A stretch of DNA of 64,000 nucleotides from Bugula neritina (Eukaryota > Animalia > Bryozoa), in contig OZ037766.1 in assembly GCA_964035545.1 (NCBI GenBank), positions 9,476,722 through 9,540,721 of the forward strand, given 5' to 3'. This document shows, in pieces, positions 37,901 to 50,838 of the stretch (position 1 is the first letter of the stretch; every line of letters begins with the position of its first letter). The notes under the pieces are model-generated. The model was not told the origin of the DNA and ran no database searches. It saw only the letters and a program-made list of their open reading frames with translations. The translations under genes were made by a program, and so were the position numbers.

Positions 37901-39658
37901 TACAACCTCTATGCCTAAACATGTGAAATTCCATATGCTGGTGAATACATTATTTTTGTTGTAACACTTTGCCAGCTGCCCTGCAAGCTATAACAAATAT
38001 ACAGCTCATTCTGTTCAGTTTGTGAAAACTCCAACCAAAAACAGCTGCTACTGCTGTTGTCAGTGTCTAATGCTTTAGTAACTTATATTTAGCATACGCT
38101 TGAAGCTAATTTGTAAATTCTATTTTAAATAGCTATTTGCTTGTGTAAAGTGTTGACAAACAGATAATGTGAATAAAACGTATGGTACATGGCCGTCATT
38201 GCTTTTCTCTTTTGCAACGTGCAATCCGGTTGTAGCTTAGCATGATTTTATTTCTTGTGTGAATGAAAAGTCCAAACAACTGTGTGCTCTATTTTATAGA
38301 AATTGTTCCATGAGATTCCAAAGGAGGTAACAGTGTATATTTTGTTGTTGCTTTTCCTGGTATTGGGTTAATGAGTCTAAATGACTACTCTCACAGCTTT
38401 CCTCTACTCACATGCATGTGTGCAACACTAATTGCTTTACATTTTGACAGCATTCTGAAACTCCCATTTTATGCATGCAGAAATATTAATTGTTGTGTAG
38501 ATTCAATCTTAGTCTTTCTCAGTTTATTTGCATAAAGATTCTGTATACCATGTGATACTTTTAAACTTTTCCTTTCTCTCCCATAATAATTATAGTGAAA
38601 AAATATTAAGCTGCAAATAGTTTTATAACTTTAATTGTATTTAATTTAAACAGTTTAGCTTCATCTTTATGGAGTGCCAAATGGCAAAATCACCCATATT
38701 CTCTTGATATTACACTTATATTTGATACTCAAACTTGTTGAATTTTGCAGCAGTTAATATATTATTTACAAAGGATGAACATGCAATATTTTACTGTATG
38801 CACAGGGCTTGCATGGTAGTGGTTTTCTGCTGCTGTGCATTTTGAGCAGTATTTTGGGCTCGATGCTGTATTTTTACCATCAGCTTGACTTATAGGTGAT
38901 AAGTAAGTTCAAAAAATTGCAACTTTTAAGGATTTTATTACTATTTGAAAGCTTTACCTATCAGTTTGCTAAACATACTTCTACATAAGTTTTACTTGCT
39001 TGTTCCAAGTATTGATTATAAATTATTAAAAAGCTGTTGCTGCAGTCAGCCAGAGCTCCCTGCTGCCAAATGCCTCTTCATCAGCAGCTTACTTCTCTTT
39101 TACACTAAAAATAGCCCACAAAGCGCACTCTCTGCCTACAAACAACCCACTATATGATGTAGCTATCAATCAAGTGGGAGTTTGGGACTAAGTGTAGTTA
39201 GAGTTTTTTAAAAGAGGTTTCATAGTTGAATTGAACTATTAACGTAATTAGAACGCTGTGTTGTTTGACTAGAATTCAAAGCATGTTTGAATCGGATAGA
39301 TGATAGTACTGAAGAGGAAACAAAAATCAATACTTTTCCACTCACTTGTGTCCTCTGATATAGATTTCAAATGCTTTGATATCATCGATGTTGTAACACG
39401 TACTTTAATTATTATAACTTGATAAAAACTGCTTTTTATAGGTGTTTAATGTATTATGGTAATTTTTATTGTTTCAACTGTTATTAGAAAACATTTACAA
39501 TGAAATGCAACTAAATATAGCAACATTGTTTTAACATATATTATAATAGGTTATACAGTTTTCACCAATTATTTGGTCTTATTGAACATGATAGGCCTAT
39601 TTATTAACCAATATAAATATATAGATATATGAATATATAAATATTACTTTATTTGCAG

Positions 39659-42600
39659 CTCATCTGAACCTTCGCCACAAATTGACTCATACAGCAAACA
39701 GAGAGAGCTGATCAGATCTGAGACCAAGAAACAGCGCCAAACCTCCTTACAGCTCAATGATCACAGCTCTCCATTCGCTGCCGAGAGTCATCAGTCTGCT
39801 GGAGAGAGTATTGATGCCGACAACAACATGCTAAGCACTACAAATGCTGCAGCTTCTTTAATGTACCAAGATCAGAGCTATCTTGCACCTGCGGATAGAC
39901 ACCAGACTTGTGAGTTTCCACAAGATGATCTCAACAAACCGAAAACTCGCCGAGGCAGGGTTTTAATCAATGTAGGTGGTCAAAAACATGAAATCATGTG
40001 GTCAACACTTAATAGAATACCAAACACAAGGCTAGGAAAACTGCAAAGCTGTGTCACACATGAACAAATTACTGCTATGTGCGATGATTATGATATCAGT
40101 CGGAAAGAATTCTTTTTTGATAGACATCCGCTAGCTTTTGCGTCCATTATAGATTTTTACAGAACAGGAAAACTTCACTTACTAGACGATATATGTGTTT
40201 TATCCTTCACAGATGAGCTGGAGTTTTGGGGTGAGCTACCTTTAACATTGTAACAGTATACACAAGTAGGTATTGTATAGCAATTATACTTCTACTTGTT
40301 CAATGTGTACGGCTGTGCAAATAGATGTATTCAATACAGTAATATAATATATAATTGCATTTATAATGTTGTTGCTTAAAATTTAGATCTCATTGCTTGA
40401 TATTCATAGTTACTTGTAATTGGAATCAAATAAGTTGGGGGAAAAATCAATGAACTTGCTATATGTTTTACTCATCTACAAGGTTCTACTATTCATTTTT
40501 GTAAGACTCCACATGTTGAAATTAATGGCAATCAACAAAAAACCCACAGGCTAAAAATAGTAATTATTCTTCAAAAACAAATCAATCTCCTTTTTCAAAA
40601 AAAGTTTATTACAACTCTAGTTCTGTATGTAGTACTCATAAAGCTATCCGTATTGCGTGCATTGCATTCTACAGCTGAACACCTAAAATTATATTTATTT
40701 CAATTAGCATAGGCTGCAGTGGAGTTTGTGTTAGTTTAATATTATAATCACAATTAATTAACGGAGACTAGGCCTCTAGCTTCCCCATGCTGCAGTCTAA
40801 CACCCTGCTATAACTATAAAATTTCGTAGCAGCAGTAGCTTTTCTCTGATAGGCATAGATGAGTTCTACCTGGAACCATGCTGTCTCACCAAACTCAATC
40901 AGAGGCGAGATCACATGGTAGAAGAGCTGAGAAAAGAAAAAGAGTGTTTAAGAGTCAAGGATGAAAGAGAGAATTTCGGAGAAGGGAAATACAATAAAGT
41001 GAGAAAGATAGTGTGGGACTTGTTGGAAAAACCTCAAACATCAAAAACTGCAAATGTATGTATTCAACACTATTGTACATATGAAAATGATGTTAAGCTT
41101 TGTGGTGCTGATTAGACTAGTGCTTGTGTTTAAAATTCATTATGTGAAAAGACACTATGGCAGTGTTATATACACTTAGTTCTATAGCTGTTGATTGTAA
41201 GTAGTCTTATGGGATTACACTGTAATTTCTGACTCCATGTTTCTCAAAGTAGTTAGTAAAATCAGAGTGAGTATGCAGACGTAAATATCAATAAATACTT
41301 GTTTGAACTATACAAACCAATTGAGAGCATATCTGCAGTTACATGGCAATATACTAATACTTGTTTTCAATTGGTAACTTTATTAGATTATTATTTTAAA
41401 ACAACTAAAAAACAGAATTATATTTCATAGCGATGCCTAACTGGCTACCTAGAGAGTGTTGGTGTATTTGCAGCTGCTAAAATAAATTCACTTTTCAAAG
41501 TATTAACTGAGTTTCTCACCAGTGTTAACCCACAATTTAATGAATATGCCCAAGCTGGTTAGTAGCAGCTCTTAGTTTTAAGTTATGTGATACACCTGAT
41601 AGTATGACGGAATATTTTGTATTACAGCATAAGACTAACTTTTGCAGTTTAAAAAAAAGTATTAAAAATTTAAATAATTTACTTATAATTTATAAACAAT
41701 TATGAATTTATGATTAGAAATATAAACAATATACATTATATTTTAGTGTTGCAGTAATATTGAGAGAACAACTTCAATATTGCTAATATTCAATATCCAT
41801 TATAATTATGATACCGCAAGGTTAGCTAATAATAATGTCTATAGAAATTGAACCTAACAGCTTCTTATTGAGAATGTCAATATCCAAGGTGTTTGTAAAG
41901 TCTTGGTATATATTTTACAACAAAGATAAGTTTTTGAAATATTTTGATCAGATTAGTGTTGCTCTAGCTGATGATTAGTTGGGTAGTTTTTTTCTAATGA
42001 AAGAATATTGTTTGCTGGTTTGGTTTCAGATATTTAAAATAAAAAATGTTCATCCTAATTTACTGAGGGAAAACCAAAATTATTATGTGTTTTTGTGAAA
42101 TTGTTATTTTTTCTAACCTACATTTCATTTGTAACAGATTGTTTTAAAAGCTATTGTCAAAGCTGCTTTACACTTAACACAGTAAAAATAGAATGTGTTT
42201 TGATGTGGTTTGAGTAAACTAATGACGCCCTTAAAGAGAATGTTGTGCAGGTAAAAGCACTTAAACTCACAAACCTGGTTTAAATATTTTAATGTTTGAA
42301 GTTGTATCCTAACTTGACAGGCTCCTTGTTGCTAACTAGAATATTGCTGTAGATATACTCAAGAAAAAATCATTGGGTCTCACAAGTAAGTACTGGGGAG
42401 ACAACTTTTTTAAAATGCAGTGACTGGCTACATAGTGCTATCCATTTATTCTCTTTATTTTGGTGCTGCATGTGAATTTTCATGTTTATATGATAGAATG
42501 TGAACATTTTTTTCCGCTAAATAACATAATTTATTTATAGACTCAAGTGTTATAGATGAAACCTAAATTTCTACAGAGTTGGCCTGACACTTTTATTTTC

Positions 42601-45600
42601 AGCACTCTATATATTCAGGTGTTATCAGTTTTAGTTTCAATTATCAAACTTCACAAAATTATTTAAAAAACACAAGCTGGCAATAAATTTGTGCTTAAAA
42701 GAGCATTACAAGTCAGTAGGGAAGCTGAGGTTTTTGTTTTATGAAATGCTAAGCAATGTATAAAAAAACAGTAATATAATTGCCCTGAATAGATATTGTA
42801 TTGAAGAGCCAAATTGTTTTTTCTTGTTACTTGTTAGACCTTTGAATTATGAATTCAAAAATCTTGTAAACTTGCTTATGTTTATCTCCACAGCTAGCTA
42901 GTTAACATATAACATTTAGTGTGTATTCGTCACTTAATGAGGCCTGTTTGACTGATTGTGAGAATAATTACTATTGCTAATCATGATTAAGAATTAAAAT
43001 TCCCTCCCCCCTTCAGTTAAAAATGTATCATATGCTAAGCTAAATAAATTCAAATATAACTAGTATAACAAAAGGATGTTTTATGCATTGAAATATATGC
43101 TGTTTGTTTGCAAAATCACAGATTAATCGGGTAAGTAGTTTCAAAAGATCTGGCAAAAGCATATTTGATATGCATGCAGTGTAGGCTAACCCATACCTTC
43201 AGTGGTAGCTTGGTAAATATTGACACCCTTTTATTACTTCACCCAGTAGGCCTATTCTTGAAATACATGCTTTGGTGGGTGCATGCGAGACTTAGTCTGG
43301 TATAGAAACTAGGCATGTTTATCTCTAGAGGGCATGGTTAAAACAAAACTACAACAATTACATTCTACCACCCATAATGCATTCTACCACCCATAATGTT
43401 ATCCTCACTACTGCTTCAGAAGTTTCAGTCATCCATTTCTTAGCTGTTTTATTTTCAAAAACATAGTTAAGTTGCTGTATTCAAGCTTTAATAGAATATT
43501 GGTTAGTATTGGTGAAGTATGGTATAATATTGGTAGTGTTTTAGCAAAATGTCAGTAGAATCATTTGTAGAATATTTTCTGAATCTGTCACCATAAATAT
43601 TATACATAGTTGAGTAAGTTTGTTTTCACCCCTATTATACTCCTGTTATCTTTAGTAACATATAAAACCCATAGCTGCTGCTAAGAATTAACTAATTTAA
43701 CAAGCATATATTTATATAACAGCTTGTAATATCTAAACCAACTGGTGCAAGACATACTGGTAGTCACAGGTATAGAGTAAAGGTCTGTCCACATTCTAAG
43801 TAGTGTCACAAAAGGAAATCATGGTGAAAAGTGCATCCATGCAGGCAGTGACATTTTTAAATGGGTAATTTCTGTTTTTAAAAGTTTGCTGACTCAACGG
43901 GGCTAACATATTATTTTGCATGAGCAAGCTTGTTAAAGTATGTTTACATTAAGTTTTATAACTAAATCTGCTTGTTTGTACATAAAGTTGTTGTTCCCAA
44001 ACTGTTTAACCTGCCAGAGTAAACAAGTTTTCTCAAAAATTATTTTGTCAAACCAGTGATACTACAACTAAAACATTTCAATGTGGCCAAACCTTTAACA
44101 AGACTAAATGCAAAGGGCATGGCTAAGGTTTATGTTTCCCAGCATTTAAACAGTTATATAATTTTTCTAAAGTATATCCGTTGCTGTTAAAAAGCTATCT
44201 TACTTTGTGTGACATTGTACATGTGTCGTATTTTAAAGGTTGTAGTTACAATATCCATCCTCTTCATCGTACTGTCAACCATAGCCCTAAGTCTAAATAC
44301 AATAACGGAGTTGCGGGTAGACGATCCTGTCACAGGACAAAGCTTAGATAATCCAAAGTTGGAAACAGTAGAAACTGTATGTATTGCCTGGTTCACAGCA
44401 GAATATCTCATTCGCTTCTGGGCTTCGCCACGAAAATGGAAATTTTTTAAAGGAACTTTAAACGTCATAGATTTGTTAGCCATCCTTCCCTATTTTATAT
44501 CTTTGGGCCTTATGGAAACTGAAAACACAAAAAGTATTAGTCAGTTTGTGAATGTCCGTAAAGTTGTGCAAATATTCCGTATATTGAGAGTGCTGAGAGT
44601 GCTGAAATTGGCCAGGCATTCTACAGGACTGCAATCGCTGGGCTACACGCTTCAGCGAAGTTACAAGGAGCTGGGACTGCTCATGATGTTCCTATGCATT
44701 ACTGTAGTCATATTTTCCAGCTTAGTATACTTTGCAGAAAAGGATGATGAAGGCACAAAGTTTTACAGCATACCAGGATCATTTTGGTGGGCCATCATTA
44801 CAATGACAACTGTGGGGTATGGTGACGTACACCCTAAAACTGCGTTTGGGCAGGTCATAGGTTCGGCGTGTGCAATTTGTGGTGTCTTAGTCATTGCTTT
44901 ACCCATTCCAATCATTGTTAATAACTTTGCGGAATTTTACAAAGATCAAATGAGAAAGGAGAAAGCAATGGGTCACCGAGAAGCACAAAAAGCAAAGCAT
45001 GCGGATAAAGAGAGCATCTACTTAACTAACAATACGACAGGCTCTAAAACTGATCTAGTCAAAACAAGTGCAGCAACTCTGGAGGCCGTGCTGGACAAAA
45101 TTTCACTTCATGAGCAGTCAGAAGAAAATAGAATTAACTTTCACGAAGTTGATGAAAGTGCCATTTTAAAGGTAGTGTATGTAAAGCCTTATCACTTTTG
45201 CTTCATGAATTTTCATTTTTTTATAATTTTAGATGTCTGAATGCATAAGAGAGGTTTCACCTCATATTTTTGATATACAAGTGTGTGTGATTGCAAATGT
45301 GTCTGTTGTGTGTTTGTTGTGTGTTTGTTGTGTGTGTGTTGTGTGTTGTGTGTGTGCCTGTGTGTGTGCCTGTGTGTGTGCCTGTGTGTGTGCCTGTGTG
45401 TGTGTTTGTGTGTGTTTGTGTGTGTGTGTGCGTGTGTGTGTGTGCGTGTGTGCGTGTGTGTGTGAATGTTTTCATATGTTATCTTCGCACATATGCATGT
45501 ATTAGATGGTATATTACATTACTTAATACTTAGGCTGATGCAGGTCATGGGGTTACATCCAAAACTTTTATACCAGAGCAAACAACTCCACCACCAGCTG

Positions 45601-45662
45601 ATGATAATATTCTCACCAGAGGTCACCCCCATTTTCCAGCCAATCAATCATCAAGTAAGTAA
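39659..45662 (+). CDS. Shab: Voltage-gated potassium channel, Shab/Kv2 (KCNB-like)
   Basis: Exons 39659-40230, 40853-41055, 44239-45171 and 45534-45662 (last exon less certain). T1 domain [21 protein letters not shown] and FFDRHP with the HX5CX20CC zinc site. S4 [23 protein letters not shown]. Pore TTVGYGD. Kv2-type [10 protein letters not shown] hinge. Confidence 0.95.
45281..45463. repeat. Compound (TG)n/(GCCTGTGTGTGT)n microsatellite in the last Kv2 intron
   Basis: Read directly; it explains the Cys/Val- and His/Thr-rich ORFs. Confidence 0.95.
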
Positions 45663-46056
45663 TAGTATAACAAGCTTTGAATGCCCTTGCCAGGAAGGTT
45701 GTCAAATGTAGGCTAATTCTAATCAAAGTATTACAACCTTTTCTAAATACAATGCTAATTGCTTGGCAAATTGAAGGGCAAATTGTAATATTTTTACAGT
45801 ATATTATTGCAAATTTTAATGAAAAATGTGTAAATATCTGATGCAATAAAAACAGAACAGAGTATGAGCGTTTTCTATTCTGCTATGTAGTTTTCAGATG
45901 CCCCAGGCTTGATTGCGTTTTGGAATTCTTTTTGTTTTGTTAATGTGATATTTGTTTAACTTTCCCTCTTTGTCCATTAAGTAAAGCTAATAAAAGTTAT
46001 ATGAATAAATTAAAACTCATTTTAGTGTTGACTCATCAATAAATACCTTACATTTT

Positions 46057-46395
46057 AAGGAGTGCTCAACCTTTTCAGAGCGAAGGCCACTGAAAGAGAA
46101 TATTCTGGTTGCGAGGGCCACATTGTAAACTTCAGTTTGAGCTGAGGGGCCACAACATTAGCATTCTTAAAATCAAATTATTTCAAAACTTTATGAATCA
46201 TAGCACAATAAGTCCCAATGGTTACTGCAGGCTGCATGTTTGTAGCATGTGTAGAAATAAGACATTTAAATGGTGGTTTTTCACTCTAATTCATGTATAT
46301 GTGTGACAACTAATTGTAGCTTTTTCCCTTGAGGGCCACATAAATGTAGGCTGGGGCCCACATTCGTTCCTGGGGCTGCCTGTTGAACAGCCCTG
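46057..46395. mobile_element. Degenerate hAT-like MITE
   Basis: Termini AAGGAGTGCTCAAC ... GTTGAACAGCCCTG and repeated subterminal GGGCCACA motifs resemble hAT non-autonomous elements; no TSD preserved. Confidence 0.6.
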
Positions 46396-48387
46396 TCTTA
46401 AGATAATTCCAAGTGCTATATATATCAATATAGTTTATATTCCTGTCTTGTGTGTGTGTAATCAAATGATTATTTGTTGATAGTAGAATATGCACTGTAG
46501 ATATGCAATGTAGAATACGCAATGTAGATATGGCGCTAGAAGGTGATAACTTAGATGGTCAAGATACTGGACGTGTCTGTAAATATGTGAAAAAGAAAAA
46601 AGAAGATGACACTGCTAATTTTGAAGAGGCAGTAGAGCTGCTTTAAAATAAATTATTTATACAGCATTATTTATTAAATTTTTAGGAATCTCTGCAAGAA
46701 AAAAATCCTTTCGTTCTTACAAATATAGTAACCAAAATCGAGAAATTTTCATTGGATAGTTTTTTTTTACAAATTATTTTCAAAAGTTTCTATATCTTAC
46801 AATGCTGTGCCAATTTAATAAACAGGTGCACCATCTCCTATAGTAATTCATTAATCAAGCTTATGCAATACTAGCCTTCTAACATATGGTTTTAGTTTTG
46901 TGAAAATAACTGTTATTGACAATATTTCACTGAAAGTTGAACTATTTTATTGATTTTCATGAAGAGTCTTGTTGACTACAGTTTGCAGCCATTCCAATTT
47001 TTCTGAACAATTTAATAAGCGGTTAGCAAATGTAGACATGCATAAAATATTTTTTACTTCTATGACACTGCCTTAGCTTTAATTAGTGCTTATAACTGTG
47101 AATGCGTTATGTCATTGCAATGAGCCTTATTTGAACATATACTTTTCACAATTTTCATGTTTTGCACTATTGAGTACTATGATGTATTGTACACTGTGAC
47201 TAAAGATTTTATTTTATCAAAGTAAATTATTGATGCTTTTTAAATTAAAATCTTAAACTATTTGATATATATATTATTTGCAATAATGAAAGATGTCAAA
47301 CAAAAATATTTTCTTCACTTAAATTTGTTAGGCTTTATGTTATTGTAGTATTGCAATTAAATTATATTCATCAGTTTAAATAATGTAGGACTAATTACAT
47401 TGTGCTGCGGGTGTTGCTACTGCAGGCTGATACAATCCAGTTAAAACTGTAGCTCTTCTGTGATACCCTGATACTCTGTCAACCATAAAATTATTACTAC
47501 TGTAAGTTGTCAGCTGCTGCTCACTAGTTTATAATACGGTATTTTATATTTAGAATATAAAAACAGGTCAAGTTTACAATTTCAAAATTCAGCATAAATT
47601 TTAGAAGTTGTGTTAACAAAACGGAAGCTTCAATTTGCTTTTTACACTCTAGTGACTCACAGAAAAAACTTGGAAAAACTTTTAAAAAAGTATTTTAAAG
47701 ATTCTTTCTACAAGCAGACAAACTGAATATTTTTAGTTAAAATATTAATCAATAGTTTACTCACAACATTTGGATGTCTCGGCAACATGTCTTGACTATA
47801 TATATCATAAAGAAGGAAAAAGTGGTTTTCAGCTTATGACAAAAAGAAAAGACATGAAGTTCTACAAAGTTTAGATCCAGTTTAAATTTTTGTCGCATGT
47901 TGCATATAATATGCCCGAATAATAAAATTACTCAGTTCCAGACAAGCATGAAAATGGTTAGTATTTATAGGAGGTGACATGCATTATTATTCGTATTCTT
48001 AACGGGCAAAATATATACTGGTGTAGCCTACTTTAGTTAATAACAGTCTGATAAAGTTGTTTTTATCAAACTTCAGCATTTTAAAACTAAAATTATATTT
48101 ATATATGTGCTAATCAAATAATCACATATCAAATACTGCGGTATTCAATATTAATCTATGCTATGTTGTGTTAGTTGACATTATCATCAATCACCTTAGC
48201 CTGCAGTGTTTTACTTATTACTTTAATCATGCACATGATAATTATTCAACTGCATGTAATTATAGCGATTCTGTAATTATATAATTTACATATGATAATG
48301 TATTTATGCACTAGTACAAATAGTACTAGTGTATTAGTACATAGTCGTTATAATTATTTAATCCCATGCAGATAAAAAACTCAAAAA

Positions 48388-48565
48388 CTGTGAGAACCCC
48401 TGATGGAAAGGGGTTGTTGAAGCAGGCTAAGAGGTTTTCTAATGAAGCACATGAGCAATTATATTACTGGATGCTCTTCCTAACATCACCACTAGTGTTT
48501 GGAACTTGAACCGCTGACCTCGTGTTTATAAGGTCAGCACTCTAACCACTACACCACACTGCTCC
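48388..48565 (-). mobile_element. tRNA-derived SINE (family B)
   Basis: Reverse complement GGAGCAGTGTGGTGTAGTGGTTAG...GGTTCAAGTTCC, then GATGTTAGGAAGAGCATCCAG...TTCCATCAGGGGTTC; the body is shared with 63767-63917. Confidence 0.7.
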
Positions 48566-48738
48566 CTAATATCACATGCAGTTATACATACTAAAAAACA
48601 AAATTATACTGATCCTCTAAATTCTAAAACTACATAGCAGTTAAAATATCAACTTTCTAAATTAAAGTTTAGCATGCCTATATAACTTTCAAATGGAAAC
48701 CAAATGATGTATACTTTTGAAGTCTATAAGAATCTAGT

Positions 48739-50243
48739 TTAAGGAGTATATACGCAGAAGATTGACGCTGAAACTAACAAATTTTTATCCTCATAAAGGC
48801 TGTTAATCACAGTGTCATGCTCAGTTTCCCACAAACAGCGAGAGCTACTCAAAATACTTTGTCGAGTCTTTGGTGCAATGACCACGCTTGCAACAAGCTT
48901 GTATCGGTTTGGTATGAACTTTTTAGCTTCAGATTTTAATCTCTCGGATAGTACCTAAAATATGGCATAAGTAATTGGGAGCCAAAATTAAAATAAAAGA
49001 TTAAAATTCTTGAGAATTTACAACATAGTTGTAATCATTGTTTAAGCGTTAATTGACCTAAGGCTATAGCCTCAAGTCAAAACTAACCAGCTTTACAACA
49101 TGCGCTTGGTTTTTTAATTTAAATACTTTTTCACAGGCTAATAAAAGTTTTTAACAAACATGAGACACTTTAGTTTGAGACGCATTTTAAACATTGAAAA
49201 GGTGCTTTAAATTACAAGCAAATAAGTTTTGTTTGAAAATCAAAATAAACAACATAAAAAGATGGCTATACAGCTTATCTTTGCATACACACGTATTGCT
49301 TCCGCAGTAAATTAAACCTATATCTCCAAGATAGATAGTGAAGTCTACCTTAGACCAATTGGGAGCCTCTGTTACACTATAGTTTAAACCATGCAGCAGA
49401 TCCTTTATTTCCCTCTCCATCATGTTTTCAAGGACAGCCACAGCAATTTTTTCAGTTGGTTCCAATTGATAAGTTGGCTCCAGTTCAATTTTTGGTTCTA
49501 AATAGTAAATATGTGTTTAAAGATTTAGTTGTACTTACAAGATCTTCCTAAAAATAAATTTAACCAGCCATGTTCAAGTAATTGATTATAAGACAGTTAT
49601 TTAAAGTTTATAGAGTTTCAAATCTCTAAAGTCTTCCGAGAAGGGCTTAGAATAAGGATGATAAAAATGTTATTTGCAGGAGCTTTCAATGATAAGTCAT
49701 ACAGCTTTTCCATAAAGGTTTTTATCACAATAAGACTCGTTGCTAAATATTATAAAAATTAAAACCTTTTTACTAAAAGAAAATACTATCACATTTACAT
49801 GAAATAGCAATAAAGTTTTTTTATATACAAAAAGAAGATAGATTTAGAGAATTAAATGAGAAAGAAATGATAGGGTATATACTGCATATTCATAAGTTCC
49901 TATGACTTTGAAAACTGGTGTATAATACTAATTCATTCTAAGTTCGTATTGCATGAGATGGTATGCTGTATTGGAAGAGATTTATGAAAGGTTTATAAAT
50001 GCCCATAAGATATAGACTGGTTATAGCTGCTTACTCACCTATAGGATGGCCTTGCCAGGAATAAGATCTTCTCCGTGGTGCAAACTCTAGTCGATGTCCT
50101 GTATGCCCTCTACTGTGATGAGAATGCTCGCTGGGTGCATGGAGATGCTTTGAAGATTTGGCCACAGAACTTTTAGAACTGGACTCACTGAGTCGTCGTG
50201 GAGATGAAACTCTCACAACTACTTTCTTTGAAGATGATGACAT
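48739..50243 (-). CDS. Tctex1-domain dynein light chain (TCTEX1D/DYNLT-like), 3 exons, ~189 aa
   Basis: Exons 50243-50039, 49497-49349 and 48954-48739 join in frame. Motifs EPTYQLEP, PNRYKLV, SRCLWETEHD and IFCVY near the C-terminus; Ser/His/Arg-rich N-terminal extension. Confidence 0.88.
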
Positions 50244-50838
50244 GTTTTTGTGCACAATTTCAGCCTTAAGTCGAGTTGCACTGCGTTATAATCTGTGTGT
50301 TTACCAAAATGCCTAACATATTGAATAAACTTAATAACATCAAAGCATGTGCAGGTCTGCAGTGTGAGGTTGAGGTGCATAGATAGCTGCTATGGCAATA
50401 ATCAGACTCAAAATAGATTAGCTATAATTGCAAATATAACTTTATTTCAACAGTAGCTTATGGCTGTACATTATAAACAAGTAACATTAAAAACACGAGC
50501 ATACATGAATTACAATTCTTGCACTAACTAATGAGTATTATTTTATTTGTAAAAGTCTGATAACAGCATAAATGCAGGTTATGCAAATAGGCAAATACAG
50601 GCAGCAATAAGTTTATTGATAGTGGAAACATTAGATATTAAAAAATAAATAGCAAGCCATGTGGCTGGCATAGTTAGGGGACAAACACAGTTGGCTACTA
50701 TTACTGCATAAAAATAAAAGAGAATTGCTATAAAAACCAATTTGGAAAAATTGAAAAGGTATCAACTTAACAGTATAATTAAAGAAAGTCAAAAATGATT
50801 TAACATTATCCAATCATGAAATTTTAGTACTGAAACGT

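Noticed and set aside
28004-38945. Assorted 60-107 aa ORFs in the Kv2 upstream region
   Set aside because: AT-rich, compositionally random translations without motifs or consistent splice support.
45233-45533. Cys/Val-rich and His/Thr-rich ORFs (metallothionein-like appearance)
   Set aside because: Translation of an intronic TG microsatellite.
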